Source of the DNA: a virus
Lineage: Duplodnaviria; Heunggongvirae; Uroviricota; Caudoviricetes
Length of the DNA stretch: 36,755 nt
Direction: 5' to 3' (one strand)
IMG/VR virus record: IMGVR_UViG_2778261460_000001
Span: 1 to 36,755 of that record
Of this stretch, positions 20,573 through 27,968 are shown in pieces. The notes beneath the pieces are model-generated. The model saw only the letters and a program-made list of their open reading frames with translations, did not search any database and had not been told where the DNA came from. The position numbers and the translations under genes were made by a program. Numbering within the stretch: position 1 is the stretch's first letter; the number at the start of each line of letters is the position of its first letter.

Positions 20573-21325
20573 TTATCTTGTCACTTTTCTCAATTGTGTC
20601 TCTGCATATGCTTCTTCCTGCCAGCACTTTGTAACCAGTTTATCAATGACATCTGCATATCCTTTGTACCACTGATAATCCGTCAGGTCCGGTACCAGCT
20701 TCTGGACATGATGCCGCGCCAGTGTGGTTGGTAAACGGCTAAACCGGTTTCCATTGCAACGCCCACAAATCTTATAAACAGGCGCACCATGAAGCCGGGT
20801 TCTTTTTTCATCCAGTACAATACCTTTCCCCTTACACCCTCTACACGCTGTGCTGACTTCTCCCTTACCATGACAATGCTGACATAGTTCCTTCACCCAC
20901 TCTTCCTTGATAACAGATTCCCCGCTTCTGGAGTGTTTCACCACTTCGCGCAATACATTATGAAATCCAGTACCAGCACAATGCTCACAGCGAACCTTAC
21001 TTGCCGCAGACCTGGAATAATCAACAAAGGCAAAATTCACAAGGTAAGGGATGATCTGTAACCGGGTTTCTTCACTCAATTTGTTCAATGTCGGGTTATC
21101 CAGTGCCATCGCGTAATTGAGCAGACCTTCAATCGCAAACTGAGGATCCTGAACACCAACTTTTGCCAGGAATAAGGCAAACCCAAGCGGTGCTTTCGAC
21201 TGCACCATCCCCTGCGCAGCCATCACATCCGTAATTGTTAAACCACCAGAGCCTGTCGCCGGTGCGTCATCGCTCAGTTTTGGAGATTTCGGGGAGTAAT
21301 ATTTCGGTAAGGCTTCAAGGTTCAT
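20573..21325 (-). CDS. Late-gene antitermination protein Q (QuuQ-like, 250 aa)
   Basis: Four CxxCxGxG repeats (CEHCAGTG, CQHCHGKG, CRGCKGKG, CGRCNGNR). Size and position (after the nin-like and methylase genes, before the terminator and lysis cassette) match Q-type antiterminators of E. coli prophages. Confidence 0.65.
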   Translation of the reverse strand: MNLEALPKYYSPKSPKLSDDAPATGSGGLTITDVMAAQGMVQSKAPLGFALFLAKVGVQDPQFAIEGLLNYAMALDNPTLNKLSEETRLQIIPYLVNFAFVDYSRSAASKVRCEHCAGTGFHNVLREVVKHSRSGESVIKEEWVKELCQHCHGKGEVSTACRGCKGKGIVLDEKRTRLHGAPVYKICGRCNGNRFSRLPTTLARHHVQKLVPDLTDYQWYKGYADVIDKLVTKCWQEEAYAETQLRKVTR

Positions 21326-21338
21326 GCTCGTTCTCCAC

Positions 21339-21782
21339 TTACGCCAGTACGCCTATTGCCAGCGCACGATCGATAAAACGAAATATCAGCTCCAGCTGGG
21401 AACCATACTTCTCTTCAAATGCCACGGTATCCGCATGCAGCTCGTCGTGATGCTTTCTGCACAAAGGCAACACAAAGAGGTCATGCGCTTTTGTACCCAT
21501 TCCACCCTGACCGTGGCCTATCAGGTGGTGGGGATCATCAGCGGGCTTTCCACAACATGCACACGGCTGTGTCTTAACCCAGCGCGTGTACTTTTCATTA
21601 ACCCAGCGGCGACGTTTTGGGCGTAACATAAAAGACTCCGGCGACTCCGGATCCACTTTCAGCGCCAGCACCTTTTTCGCCTTATCCTGGATGATGCTGG
21701 TGGCAGGAACCGAAGGCACAAGGTCACTTTCCCGGGTATCCCAGCATGGTTGCCACCTCCTGATTGGTTGGCGGAAAGCCAC
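21339..21782 (-). CDS. DUF968-like Cys/His-rich protein (nin-region)
   Basis: 147-aa ORF with …CACCGKPADDPHHL…LPLCRKHHDELH…, immediately upstream of the Q-like gene. Confidence 0.45.
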   Translation of the reverse strand: MAFRQPIRRWQPCWDTRESDLVPSVPATSIIQDKAKKVLALKVDPESPESFMLRPKRRRWVNEKYTRWVKTQPCACCGKPADDPHHLIGHGQGGMGTKAHDLFVLPLCRKHHDELHADTVAFEEKYGSQLELIFRFIDRALAIGVLA

Positions 21783-21842
21783 GCTCTTTCTGGTAAGAAA
21801 TCAGCATATCCAGCACCTGCTGCTGGCATTGAGTTAACGTCG

Positions 21843-22496
21843 TCATGCCGCCATCTCCCTGACCAGTTTTTCCGCCTGCTGGCGAACCTGCACCAGAAAG
21901 GCTTCACCACATGCCTCAAGTTCATCGCGCCCGATGTAGCTGATTGCCGGTCCCTTCCAGGTCTTGTCGAAAACAGCAATAGCACCAGCGAAGAAAGCGC
22001 CTGTCGGCACCTGCTTCTCATCCTTCGGGATAAACCAGGCAGGCAGTTCAAAACCAATACGCCCGCGAATAAAAGCAATATGGTCCGCATCTTCCGGCCA
22101 CCACACTTCGCTGGTGGCAGCTTTGATCAGGAAAACATAGCGCCCGCCCTTATCACGCATGGCACTGGCATGTTTCATGATGTAACGCATGCCGGTGATG
22201 TATTGCCCCTCATGCTGACTGGCGCGGCTGTATGGGGGATTACCAAAGGCAGCACCTTTAAGCTCCGCAAGACGTTCTGACCAGTCATGCGCCAGCGCGT
22301 TATCTTCCGCCGTGTAATACGCGGCACATTTGGCGTTATCACCGTCAGTAAACAGATCCAGAACAAACGGGCCAAACAGGGTGTTAATTCCCCAGAAAAT
22401 GTTGTCCGGCGTGCGCCACTGATCGCCCACTTCCTTCAGTTCATGGGCTGGTTTGTTCCGCAGTTCTACCAGCGCCTGGCAATATTTATTACTCAT
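21843..22496 (-). CDS. Phage DNA N6-adenine methyltransferase (Dam family)
   Basis: 217-aa ORF with the motif IV signature FGNPPYSRA (NPPY) and an N-terminal SAM-binding-like region. Confidence 0.8.
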   Translation of the reverse strand: MSNKYCQALVELRNKPAHELKEVGDQWRTPDNIFWGINTLFGPFVLDLFTDGDNAKCAAYYTAEDNALAHDWSERLAELKGAAFGNPPYSRASQHEGQYITGMRYIMKHASAMRDKGGRYVFLIKAATSEVWWPEDADHIAFIRGRIGFELPAWFIPKDEKQVPTGAFFAGAIAVFDKTWKGPAISYIGRDELEACGEAFLVQVRQQAEKLVREMAA

Positions 22497-22590
22497 TAAG
22501 CCCCCACGTAAAAAGCATCCGCAATGTCTCCGGAAGTACAGCCCGGATGGGCTTCAATGAATTTCTGAACGTCATTTAACAGACTCATGA

Positions 22591-23583
22591 TCACCCCCTG
22601 AATCCTGCCGGGATCTGGCTGTAGTCCACGTTGTCGTAACTGGCTTTGAAGTACGGGTCTTCACGTTTTTCTGTGTGCGTGCTGACGGACGGCGATAAGC
22701 GCAGGGAAAGCTCATCCCATTTTTCCCGCAACTTCGACGGGCTGAGCACGTTACGGCACCAGAACGGATCGCGGCTGACGCGGCTGTACATCTCGCAGAT
22801 TTGTTTGTGAGTACGACCATCCTGCACACACATCAGGCGAATTTCGTTTGCCCATGCTGTCCAGTTCGGTTCTTTGGGACGAACCACCTCGCCGTCACAT
22901 TCGGCGGCCTGCTCGTACAGGGCGATGATTTTTTTCCAGAGCCACTGTGCGCAGGTCAAATCATCCTGCGTTCCCCACTGGCGCTTTTTAGGGCTGAATA
23001 CAACCGCATCAGGATGGCGAGTTAAAAACTCCTGTTCAGCCGTTTGCGTGTCCGGTTGCGAAGCGTCCGGACGAGAAGAGGTTTTATTCTCTGTAGTAAT
23101 CTCTGTTGTATTCTCTGTAAGATCATTGGGCCATTTTGACCCGATGACAGCGTGTCGTTTTGAACCAATGGATCGTGTCATTTTGCGCCCATCCATCAGG
23201 TCACTTTGACCCGATGGAGAAGTGCATTTTGACCTGATGGATTCGTTCACTTTGACCTCTTCTAAAAGCTCACTTTCATAGTTGATCGTGTAGAAGTTGG
23301 TCATGTCACGCTTCGATTTATTGAGTTGCTCGCGACGCAAAACCCCAAGTGATTTCAGGCTTGCAAATGTGCGTTTCAGAGTGGACTCTGACCAGAACGG
23401 AAACTGCTCCAGCCACTGTTCTGTCGTGTTATAAACCCAGCGAATTCCGCCATGCTCAGTGCCTGAATTCGTTTCATTCAGCCAGTAATGAAGCTGCTGC
23501 AACACAATTGCCTCATTCAGACCAATACGGCATGCAAGATCACGATTTATCACAATGGGCTGGGATGTCATTAACAGGCTCAT
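22591..23583 (-). CDS. Replication initiator protein (lambda O-like), containing the iteron origin
   Basis: 330-aa ORF downstream of the CII-like/Cro genes. It carries six about 23-bp-spaced iterons inside the coding region (23132-23261), as lambda ori does within O. Confidence 0.65.
   Translation of the reverse strand: MSLLMTSQPIVINRDLACRIGLNEAIVLQQLHYWLNETNSGTEHGGIRWVYNTTEQWLEQFPFWSESTLKRTFASLKSLGVLRREQLNKSKRDMTNFYTINYESELLEEVKVNESIRSKCTSPSGQSDLMDGRKMTRSIGSKRHAVIGSKWPNDLTENTTEITTENKTSSRPDASQPDTQTAEQEFLTRHPDAVVFSPKKRQWGTQDDLTCAQWLWKKIIALYEQAAECDGEVVRPKEPNWTAWANEIRLMCVQDGRTHKQICEMYSRVSRDPFWCRNVLSPSKLREKWDELSLRLSPSVSTHTEKREDPYFKASYDNVDYSQIPAGFRG
23132..23261. repeat. Iteron array (putative ori) inside the replication initiator gene
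   Basis: Six direct repeats of consensus YAYTTTGACCYGATG (starts 23132, 23156, 23179, 23201, 23224, 23247), followed by an AT-rich stretch (23257-23300). Confidence 0.6.
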
Positions 23584-23592
23584 GACCGACCT

Positions 23593-23931
23593 CTATTTCC
23601 CTGAATTTACGACGAAACTGTTCGAGCGGACTGAAGCATTCATGTTCATAGCCTTCACGGAGGTAGATAACCCGTTGTGTTTCCGGCTCCCAACGAATGA
23701 CTCTGACGGGCACTCCGTAGTGATCTTTGAACCAGCGGTTAACTTGTCGCAAAGGACTGTCTCCTTCTGCCGGTTGAAATCACCCACAGCCCACTCAGCA
23801 AAGCTGTGGGTTACAATTTCCCTGTCACCTGGTACATTAACTGCATAGCAATACTCCACCTTCGCTTTTCCACCCGGTACAGGAAGCGCAATCAGTTGCG
23901 AGCGACGGTAGTGTGTTGTTAAACTGTTCAT
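23593..23931 (-). CDS. Hypothetical protein (possibly disrupted)
   Basis: 112-aa ORF whose C-terminal third is low-complexity, while an overlapping frame (track ORF 23540..23752) reads protein-like; a 9-bp-stem hairpin lies at 23782-23811. Confidence 0.25.
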   Translation of the reverse strand: MNSLTTHYRRSQLIALPVPGGKAKVEYCYAVNVPGDREIVTHSFAEWAVGDFNRQKETVLCDKLTAGSKITTECPSESFVGSRKHNGLSTSVKAMNMNASVRSNSFVVNSGK

Positions 23932-24524
23932 GCGTTAGTTTCTCCACAGTCACGACACGCCACGGCGCCCGGAGCTGCACACTCGCGGGCGTCATTACTT
24001 TCTGAAATGCAAAAGATTTTGTAGACCAGTGCTGCATGCTCCTGCAGCTTCGAAATTGAGAGATACAGCTCGTCGTTAATTGCTGTCTTCTCATGCGGTT
24101 CCACCACACCGTCTTCGATTGCCGAACGAATCTGTCTGGAATAACTGCCAATCTGTTCAATGACTTCCAGCAGGCGCTGGTTAATATCGGCGTTGTCCAC
24201 ATCCTCGACGTCAGGAAGAGACACAAAGACGCCATTTGCAGACTGCGCCACAGCGTCAGCAATGAAGTGAGTTCCACCAGCACGTTGCAAAATCATTGCC
24301 CATCCCAGCGGGAAAATCTGATCGCCATCGGCACGAAGGCGGTTAAATAATGCGTTTTCTGTTACATCCAGCCAGTCAGCTGCTTCAGCGTAACCACCCG
24401 GCAACGCTGCGATAGTTTTTCTGACAGCTTTCACGTACCACTCAGGCTGTTTTTCTACTTTCCAGTGATGCTTACCCACGGTTAGCCTCATCGTTCTGTG
24501 GTTTCTGTTAATCGATTTATCCAT
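23928..24524 (-). CDS. CII-like phage regulatory protein (CP76-like, about 198 aa)
   Basis: Start revised to ATG 24524 (or 24536), just after the cro stop at 24517; the track start at 24593 would overlap cro by 77 nt. Call is positional (immediately downstream of cro). Confidence 0.4.
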   Translation of the reverse strand: MDKSINRNHRTMRLTVGKHHWKVEKQPEWYVKAVRKTIAALPGGYAEAADWLDVTENALFNRLRADGDQIFPLGWAMILQRAGGTHFIADAVAQSANGVFVSLPDVEDVDNADINQRLLEVIEQIGSYSRQIRSAIEDGVVEPHEKTAINDELYLSISKLQEHAALVYKIFCISESNDARECAAPGAVACRDCGETNA

Positions 24525-24717
24525 TAGATTTTTCATAAAGCTCAGGTTTAAATGGCAACCGTCCGCAAGTTCTATATGCAGCTTCTGCTGCACGTCCTTT
24601 TGGAATTAACTGGCCCGGACGGTTTCGCCACTGATAAACGGCTTCAGTTGTTATGCCGAAAAAAGCAGCAACTTTCTCAATACTGCCGAAGTAGCTTTCG
24701 ATATCGTCAGTTGTCAT
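24517..24717 (-). CDS. Cro-like repressor (HTH DNA-binding protein)
   Basis: 66-aa ORF divergent from the CI-like repressor, with a GGAGGG Shine-Dalgarno upstream and an HTH-like segment (…VAAFFGITTEAVYQWRN…). Confidence 0.65.
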   Translation of the reverse strand: MTTDDIESYFGSIEKVAAFFGITTEAVYQWRNRPGQLIPKGRAAEAAYRTCGRLPFKPELYEKSNG

Positions 24718-24814
24718 ACGCCCTCCAAACTAAGTTTTATTAGATGCTAATTACAAATCTATCTTTGGTCAATAAAAACTAAGATTACTTAGCAATTCAA
24801 GAAATGGTGCTCCT
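24718..24814. promoter_or_regulatory. Divergent immunity-region promoter/operator region (OR-like)
   Basis: 97-bp AT-rich spacer between divergent cro and cI. Contains a perfect palindrome CTAAGATTACTTAG (24779-24792), a related site ACTAAGTTTTATTAG (24729-24743), and a TTGACC -35-like hexamer on the cro strand. Confidence 0.5.
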
Positions 24815-25441
24815 ATGGAAACGGTTGGTCAGCGTATAAAAGCTCTGAGAAGAGTTACCGGAACGTCCCAGAAAGAATTGGGTAAATTTTGTGGAGTAAG
24901 CGACGTTGCTGTGGGGTACTGGGAGAAAGACATCAATACCCCTGGTGGGGAGGCACTTTCGAAATTAGCGAAGTTCTTCAATACGTCAATAGATTACATT
25001 CTTTATGGTGCTGAGTTTGAAGGCAAACTCGTCACAAACATGCGCAGAGTTCCTGTAATATCGTGGGTTCAGGCTGGGCAGTTTACTGAGTGCAGGGCAG
25101 CAGAAGTGTTTAGTGAAGTGGACAAGTGGGTAGATACATCATTAAAGATTGGTGATAACTCATTTGCATTAGAGGTTAAAGGTGACTCCATGACTAACCC
25201 TAATGGCCTCCCAACAATACCAGAAGGCGCAACAGTGATTGTAGATCCAGATGCAGAACCTCGTCATGGAAAAATAGTCATCGCTCGACTTGATGGAACA
25301 AACGAAGCTACAGTAAAAAAATTAGTCATCGATGGCCCTCAAAAGTTTTTAGTGCCATTAAATCCTCGGTATCCCAACATCCCTATCAATGGTAATTGCC
25401 TTATCATTGGTGTAGTCAAAGGAGTTCAATACGAACTCTAA
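24815..25441 (+). CDS. CI-like prophage repressor (HTH plus LexA/S24 peptidase domain)
   Basis: 208-aa ORF with an N-terminal HTH (…QKELGKFCGVSDVAVGYWEKD…) and a C-terminal S24 autocleavage domain with Ser-Lys dyad context (…EVKGDSMTNP…ATVKKLV…). Confidence 0.85.
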   Translation: METVGQRIKALRRVTGTSQKELGKFCGVSDVAVGYWEKDINTPGGEALSKLAKFFNTSIDYILYGAEFEGKLVTNMRRVPVISWVQAGQFTECRAAEVFSEVDKWVDTSLKIGDNSFALEVKGDSMTNPNGLPTIPEGATVIVDPDAEPRHGKIVIARLDGTNEATVKKLVIDGPQKFLVPLNPRYPNIPINGNCLIIGVVKGVQYEL

Positions 25442-25647
25442 GACCTCTCTTCTCTAACTAAGGCACCGAACTAAGAAAAGCTTGGTGTTTTCTCTTGCCA
25501 TAATAACTAAGTTAAGTTAGATTTTATATCAAAGATAACGAACAGGCAGGACGCCCACGAAGTAGCCGCCTGGGGCATATGAAGTCCAGGATGATTCGTT
25601 GAGTCATGTTGTGCCACCAGGCACTCATGTTAAAGCAGGTGTATGAA

Positions 25648-25923
25648 ATGAAAGTCCAGATTTTAAACAATAACTGTGAAGTCGTTTGGTCATACGACAT
25701 AGCCGCCCCTGTAGATCAGAGCGGCGATAGCTGGACCAATGGGAAACATCAGATTATGGCTGGAGTTGTGTTCTCTTTACGCCGTGCTTTGGAACAGGCT
25801 GAAGTATTTCCATCAGACCCTGAATGGAAATGGCCTTTTTCTATTTGTCCAAATTCGGAGAGCACATTTCAGAAAATTGGTCAGAAAGTCGCACTCGAAG
25901 AGCATCAGCCAACTGTTTCCTGA
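25648..25923 (+). CDS. Hypothetical early-left protein
   Basis: ATG at 25648 with AGGTG 6 nt upstream (the track ORF begins at 25606). The 3' end overlaps a convergent ORF. Confidence 0.3.
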   Translation: MKVQILNNNCEVVWSYDIAAPVDQSGDSWTNGKHQIMAGVVFSLRRALEQAEVFPSDPEWKWPFSICPNSESTFQKIGQKVALEEHQPTVS

Positions 25924-26086
25924 TTTTTTCAGGTAACTCGTCGGCATCGCAGAAACAACAACGCTCGATCATGTTGAAAGCCGATTCGTAGAACTGTTTC
26001 TGCTGAGTGTCGCTGAGACAGGAAAAGAGCGACGTTACGATGATTTTATTAATTGCATTATCAAGTTCTTTTTCATCAAAAGTCAT
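25841..26086 (-). CDS. Hypothetical protein (AT-rich, convergent)
   Basis: 81-aa ORF with an AGGAAA Shine-Dalgarno upstream of the ATG at 26086 and low GC; its 3' end overlaps the plus-strand ORF by 83 nt. Confidence 0.3.
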   Translation of the reverse strand: MTFDEKELDNAINKIIVTSLFSCLSDTQQKQFYESAFNMIERCCFCDADELPEKIRKQLADALRVRLSDQFSEMCSPNLDK

Positions 26087-26600
26087 TTGATTTTCCTTTT
26101 ATGTATACGGGCTTAAAAGGATACCACCGAGCCTGAAGTGGTGAAAAGACAGGCACATAACAGCTAAGTATTTTCAACCAGAGAGAATCCTTAGCGTTGT
26201 GGTGAATGCGGCTCAGCGCACGCGGGTTAAGGTTGAGGCTGACAGTCGACCTTCTGTGGATACCCACCCGCCTGGTGTGCAACCTTCGCCAGGCACCGGG
26301 AGGCACCCGGCACCACAACTTTATGCTGAGTGTAGTCCTGGCGGTACCAGCTTGTACCCTTGCTTCCGGCTGGTACCGTCCTTTTTACAAAACAGAGAAG
26401 AGCATCACCGGACGACGGGCTCATAACCCAATCCATCCGGGCGGCGGTCACCGCAGGTGTTCTTCTCTGTTTTGTGGAGAAACTAACCGCCCCTGCGGGG
26501 GCATTTATGGAAATGTAATTGACTCAATAATCGCCGGACGGTGAGGGCTTCCTTTTACCCGAATTCAGCGCGGTGCAGCGCATATAACGTGGAGAACAAA

Positions 26601-27137
26601 ATGTCATTTATTAAAACTTTTTCCGGGAAGCATTTTTTTTATGACCGGATAAATAAAGACAACATCGATATTAACGATATCGCGGTTTCACTTTCAAATA
26701 TCTGCCGCTTTGCAGGACATCTTTCACACTTCTACAGCGTCGCCCAACATGCGGTGCTTTGCAGCCAGCTGGTACCGCACGAATTTGCTTTTGAAGCATT
26801 AATGCATGATGCAACAGAAGCGTATTGCCAGGACATCCCCGCTCCACTGAAACACCTTCTTCCTGACTATAAACGGATGGAAGAAAAAATAGACGCCGTA
26901 ATCCGTGAGAAATACGGGTTACCCCCGGTTATGAGTACACCCGTGAAATATGCCGATCTCATCATGCTGGCAACCGAACGCCGCGATCTCGGGCTTGATG
27001 ATGGCTCTTTCTGGCCTGTGCTGGAAGGTATCCCGGCAACAGAGATGTTCAACGTGATTCCACTGGCTCCAGGCCATGCCTACGGGATGTTTATGGAACG
27101 CTTTAACGAATTATCGGAGTTACGCAAATGCGCATGA
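26601..27137 (+). CDS. HD-domain phosphohydrolase
   Basis: Start revised to ATG 26601 with GGAG 6 nt upstream. Contains H…HD metal-binding motifs (…SVAQHAVLCS…EALMHDATEAYCQD…). Confidence 0.65.
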   Translation: MSFIKTFSGKHFFYDRINKDNIDINDIAVSLSNICRFAGHLSHFYSVAQHAVLCSQLVPHEFAFEALMHDATEAYCQDIPAPLKHLLPDYKRMEEKIDAVIREKYGLPPVMSTPVKYADLIMLATERRDLGLDDGSFWPVLEGIPATEMFNVIPLAPGHAYGMFMERFNELSELRKCA

Positions 27138-27490
27138 ATGTTTTCGAAATGGAAGGGTTTCTTCGCGGGAAATGTGTACCGCGAGATCTGAAAGTGAACG
27201 AAACAAATGCTGAGTACCTGGTACGTAAATTCGACGCGCTTGAAGCTAAATGTGCGGCACTGGAAAGCAAAATAATACCAGTGTCAGCTGAACTGCCTCC
27301 AGCAAATGAAAGTGTTCTGTTATTTGATGCTAACGGAGAAGGCTGGCTGATTGGCTGGCGTTCTCTCTGGTACACCTGGGGACAAAAAGAAACCGGAGAA
27401 TGGCAGTGGACATTTCAGGTCGGGGACCTTGAAAACGTCAATATCACTCACTGGGCAGTAATGCCGAAAGCACCAGAGACTAAGAAATGA
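27128..27490 (+). CDS. Hypothetical protein (Trp-rich C-terminus)
   Basis: 120-aa ORF overlapping the HD gene stop by 10 nt. Trp-rich C-terminal segment (…WLIGWRSLWYTWGQKETGEWQWTF…). Confidence 0.4.
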   Translation: MRMNVFEMEGFLRGKCVPRDLKVNETNAEYLVRKFDALEAKCAALESKIIPVSAELPPANESVLLFDANGEGWLIGWRSLWYTWGQKETGEWQWTFQVGDLENVNITHWAVMPKAPETKK

Positions 27491-27702
27491 GCGTGATAAA
27501 AACTCATACAGGAATTGTTATCACCCGAGACGGTGAAAAGCGGATGAAATTACATTCCACTGAAACGTCCTGGGTTGCCGGACGTTGTGAATCCTACGAC
27601 AAAAAGACTGGTTACCGTTGGGGTGCACCTAACATGCGTCGCCGTCTGCTACTGGACAGCATCAGGCTAATAAAACAAGTAGCAACCAGAGAACAAAATT
27701 AA
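27487..27702 (+). CDS. Hypothetical small protein
   Basis: 71-aa ORF whose start overlaps the upstream stop by 4 nt (translational coupling). Confidence 0.35.
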   Translation: MSVIKTHTGIVITRDGEKRMKLHSTETSWVAGRCESYDKKTGYRWGAPNMRRRLLLDSIRLIKQVATREQN

Positions 27703-27749
27703 TTATCAGGACTGGAATTTGATATTACTGCCCATGTGCAGCGGGCTAA

Positions 27750-27968
27750 GTGGAGAAACATATGCTGAACCTCGATTGTGTTCCTATCTCAACTTATTGC
27801 AAAGAAACTGGCGAAACTCCTGAAGCAATAAACAAACGTGTACAGCGCGGTGTTTGGCGTGAAGGTGTTCAGGTTTTAAAGGTTGAAGGCGTTAAGGAGA
27901 GGTGGATTGATCTTAGTGAGGTTGCAAAATGGGCCAGACAAAACTGCTCAAACTACCGCGCGGCGTAA
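27750..27968 (+). CDS. Excisionase-like protein (putative Xis)
   Basis: 72-aa ORF immediately upstream of and overlapping the integrase start. Confidence 0.45.
   Translation: MEKHMLNLDCVPISTYCKETGETPEAINKRVQRGVWREGVQVLKVEGVKERWIDLSEVAKWARQNCSNYRAA

Noticed and set aside
21659-22090. 143-aa minus-strand ORF overlapping the methyltransferase and DUF968-like genes
   Set aside because: It lies in an alternative frame across two well-supported genes and its product is Arg/Ser-rich low-complexity sequence.
22499-22588. 30-codon minus-strand micro-ORF between the initiator and methyltransferase genes
   Set aside because: It has start and stop overlaps suggestive of coupling but is too short and featureless to call without conservation evidence.
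26076-26544. Four overlapping track ORFs on both strands in the GC-rich structured region
   Set aside because: The translations are Arg/Pro/Gly-rich with no protein-like features and overlap one another on both strands. The region is better explained as structured non-coding DNA or RNA.
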